In this document: piece after piece, positions 61,011 to 64,000 of the stretch | Numbering within the stretch: the first letter of the stretch is position 1 | Layout: every line of letters begins with the position of its first letter | NCBI GenBank assembly: GCA_950097015.1 | Contig: CATNEN010000039.1 | Coordinates: forward strand, 15,314,001-15,378,000 | Direction: 5' to 3' | From: Macrostomum hystrix | Lineage: Eukaryota > Animalia > Platyhelminthes | DNA: 64,000 bases | Notes under the pieces: generated by a model | Told to the model about the DNA's origin: nothing | Databases searched by the model: none | The model's input: the letters and a program-made list of their open reading frames with translations, nothing else | Program-made: the position numbers and the translations under genes

Positions 61011-61309
61011 ATAAATAATTGATAACACCTGCCCAAATTGGGCCAGATGTGTAGCCGTCAGGACAGCCGCAGCCATTGCGCGGCGCATCTGAAGGCTGCG
61101 TACGGCTGTTCAGTCCATGGACTGGGGGGACGCCACACCCACCCTCAATGACCCCAGCTGATGCTGGTACCCATTTAACAGCTGGGTGAACTGAAGCAAT
61201 GCAAAGTTAAGTGTCTTACTACGGGACACAAACTGATCCAGTGGAGTCCAGAATCGAACCCCCAACCTTCAAGTCGTGAGTCCTATGCTCTAACCACAAG
61301 GCTACAACC
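61011..61309 (-). mobile_element. tRNA-derived SINE with a CORE-like central domain
   Basis: Minus strand: A-box GTAGCCTTGTGGTTAGAGC, B-box GGTTCGATTC, then GTGTCCCGTAGTAAGACACTTAAC...TGCTTCAGTTCACCCAGCTGTTAAATGGGTACC resembling the MIR/CORE block, and an AT-rich tail. Confidence 0.75.
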
Positions 61310-61747
61310 ATTCTGCCATAAGCCAGCATGGCAGATAAGCCATCAGCAACGCCAATAGACCCAGAACTGTCAAAATGCGAATCATATCGGATGTAAAAAG
61401 TAAAAATGTAAAAAAATCTCATGTAAAAATAGTAAAAACTAAGCCTTTTATTTTTCTAAGAAACCGAAATTTAAAAATCATAATAATGTGTCTATGTTGT
61501 GAGGCAAAATATTAAATGTTAAAAGTAAAAAATCAATTCGAATTTTTTGACAAACTTGGCTAAGGAAAAGACAAATTAGTTGATCGAACACTTAGCCGCC
61601 TATAGCCATACAAGCAATGAGCAAATACCAATTTGGCTGAAACCTGATCGTAAACGTATTTCTAAGCAAATCGGCACTCAAAAATATCAGGAATTTGCAG
61701 ATCGAAATGGTTTATAAAATTAATAATATTAGAACAGAATGAGTTCC

Positions 61748-62011
61748 TCAGAGCTGGGTTCTCAGGACCTCAACCAGGTGATCGCGTATTTCGCGTCCGT
61801 CATTTGGAAACTCGACCGATCCGTGAAAACAGGCGAAATTGCGCAAGTGGATTCGAACCCCCGACCGCTGAAGCCGGTCGGCGTAGAGTATAGCGTCGCT
61901 TAGCAACGGGTCGAACTCGCAGGCCAGAATGTGGGCCGGCGGCAAGCCCAGCTTATCGAGGTCGTCGCCTAGCAACGGTGAGACTCGGAAGTCGGCAATC
62001 GAAGTTGCGAC
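61748..62011 (-). CDS. Last exon of a second AADAC/HSL-family esterase paralog (remainder presumably beyond the Gypsy insertion)
   Basis: Near-identical to 51098-51361, including the acceptor and the GCTGTACACAGGCTA intron repeat. Confidence 0.8.
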   Translation of the reverse strand, partial: VATSIADFRVSPLLGDDLDKLGLPPAHILACEFDPLLSDAILYADRLQRSGVRIHLRNFACFHGSVEFPNDGREIRDHLVEVLRTQL

Positions 62012-62039
62012 CTGAAAATTTTAGGAACATATCCTCAGG

Positions 62040-62262
62040 GTAACTGTACACAGGCTAGCTGTACACAGGCTAGCTGTACACAGGCTAGCTGTACACAGGC
62101 TTACTGTACACAGGCTAGCTGTACACAGGCTTACTGTACACAGGCTAGCTGTACACAGGCTTACTGTACACAGGCTAGCTGTACACAGGCTTACTGTACA
62201 CAGGCTAGCTGTACACAGGCTAGCTGTACACAGGCTAGCTGTACACAGGCAAGCTGTACACA
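62040..62262. repeat. Minisatellite, 15 bp unit GCTGTACACAGGCTA
   Basis: Expanded here, versus a few copies at 51390-51450. Confidence 0.9.
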
Positions 62263-62263
62263 G

Positions 62264-64000
62264 TGTAATAAAGTCAGCGTGGCTTGCAGAGAGAAAAGAT
62301 TTTCAGAGTAGGCCAAGCCTAGCTATCTAAATAAATATAAGTTTATTTCTCAGCCTGACCAGGCTGACAAATCAGCCGCTACCTCTGGGCGTGCACGCGC
62401 TCCAGAGTACGCACATGCGCGAGTACATTCCGAGAGAGAGAGAGAAAAATAACACCCTCAATCCCCTACACTGCACTGATAGCGAAACGCAGTCACCACA
62501 TCCCTCCACACGTAGACAAAAAGGAAGCAAAACAAAGGAACAAAAAAGAAAATAAAATACTTCCCAGCACCACGACAACAATAACAAAAAAATCAAAGGA
62601 GCAAACACCACGCGAAAGCTGTAAGAAAAGTCTGTCAAGAAAAAACAAAAAAACGCATTCAGTTGTACGTCAACCTGTCCGGGCATTTTCGGCTCCTCTG
62701 TGAACGCCGCGCCTGTGGAGTCGGAGGAAACGGCGGCTGCATGGGCGGCGGCGGCGCGGTCGGTGGCTGTGCGGGCGGCGGCGGCGTGGGCGGCAGTAGC
62801 GGCGGAACCTCTGCCTCAGCCGATTCGTAGCTCAGATCGTCATTTATTGGCAGTTCCGTGCTTCCTGAGGTCCGCGGTTCGATGCCTGCAGAGGCTACAT
62901 GGTCGGCGTGGCGGCGTACAATGCGATCATCAGGCAGCCGGCACTCGTAGGACAAAGGCGCCGTTTGTCGGCTGATGCTGGCCGGCAGCCACTTCTGCTG
63001 AACCGTGAAATCCCGCACTACGACGTCGTCGCCTTCCGCGAAGGACCTCGGTCTGGCACGCCTGTCGTGTTGTAGCTTCTGTGCTTCCTGTCGCCGCGTG
63101 ACCACAGCCGAGACGTCCGGACGTACCAGATCCAGCAGCGTTCGCAGAGGCCGGCCCATCATCAGCTGGCTCGGCGGAACGCCAGTCGTGCTGTGCGGAG
63201 TCACCCGGTAGGTCAGCAGGAACCTAGCGAGCCGAGTCTGCAGAGCCGCCGGCCGTCCCTTCACCAGAGCCGCCTTCACTGTTTGTACCGCGCGTTCTGC
63301 CAGGCCGTTGGACGCTGGATGATAAGGCGACACCTTGACATGCCGGATGCCGTTGCTGCTCATGAAGCCCTCCATCTCCTGGCTCACGAAGTTGGGACCG
63401 TTGTCCGTCACCACGACCTCACCTCGCCTTCTTCTGCTCGATCTCCCGGTCAAGTTGCTCCTCCACCTTGGACTTCAAGGCGAACGGCACCGTCCGAGCT
63501 TTGAAAAATTTGGGCTGTGCACCTGGTTTCGTCCGCAATTTCAGTGGTTCGCCTGTGTAGCAACCGAGTCCGTCCGAAAATACTGCGCTGTACTTTTGCA
63601 CCAGCTGCTCCACCTGCTGATTGCCCTGAGCCGGCAGTTCTCGCTCTCGCAACTCCTTGATGCTTCTCAAGAACAAGGTTAGTTAGACAGCCAGTTCCGT
63701 CCGATTAAGCTGGAGCCGCTTCCTGAGACCACCACCAGAGGCAGGAGTTTCTGTTCATTTCCTGGAACTTCCACAGTGACGCTCAACTGTCCCAGCACGT
63801 TGACAGGTTGGCCGCCGTAGTTCCGCAGCCGAATCGTGGTCCCACCGAGCTTAGGGATACCACCGAGAAGATCCTGGTAGACTTTGGCTGAGATTAGCGA
63901 CACCGCGGCGCCCGTGTCGATCTCCATCTGGCAGGACACGCAGTTGATCCGTACCGTGGTCAAGTAGGGTGGCACCTTGGCTGCAACGCTGGGCACAGTG
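62264..64000 (-). mobile_element. Ty3/Gypsy LTR retrotransposon (3' part), RT/RNase H deleted; candidate 3' LTR 62264-62454
   Basis: Protease MEIDTGAAVSLI (63679-63996) and pre-RT FFKARTVPFAL are joined directly to integrase TDNGPNF...YHPASNGLAERAVQTVK...TPHSTTG. Purine tract AGGGGATTGAGGG is followed by TGTTAT...ATTACA. LTR 5' boundary uncertain. Confidence 0.88.

Noticed and set aside
61235-61309. Functional tRNA genes at SINE heads (also 38156-38230 and 246-312)
   Set aside because: Acceptor stems are broken and the sequences continue into SINE bodies

Overview
This is intron-rich animal genomic DNA. GC-rich exons separated by introns filled with private minisatellites suggest a flatworm such as Macrostomum, which is an inference only. 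Host genes: IK/RED (5' end outside the window), KCTD7/14-like, bleomycin hydrolase with an antisense intronic tRNA-Lys(UUU), a >25 kb two-domain GH31 maltase-glucoamylase/sucrase-isomaltase-like gene, two partial AADAC/HSL-family esterase copies, and a two-domain Ly6/uPAR-like GPI protein. The most notable feature is a 7.9 kb Polinton/Maverick-type element (15134-23033) with AGTAGT...ACTACT ends, ~330 bp TIRs and an AATTTT 6-bp TSD. It carries a broken protein-primed PolB and, unexpectedly, a TATA-binding-protein-like ORF and a frameshift-hidden tandem PC4-like ORF, but no recognisable integrase or capsid module. Inside it sits a TSD-flanked SINE derivative whose 20-nt tRNA A-box head is amplified about 80 times into a minisatellite. 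A longer CORE-like relative of that SINE lies at 61011-61309. The window also holds a patchwork of duplicated gene fragments (54.8-56.6 kb), LINE fragments and an RT-deleted Gypsy element. All protein assignments come from recognising motifs by eye; no database searches were run.
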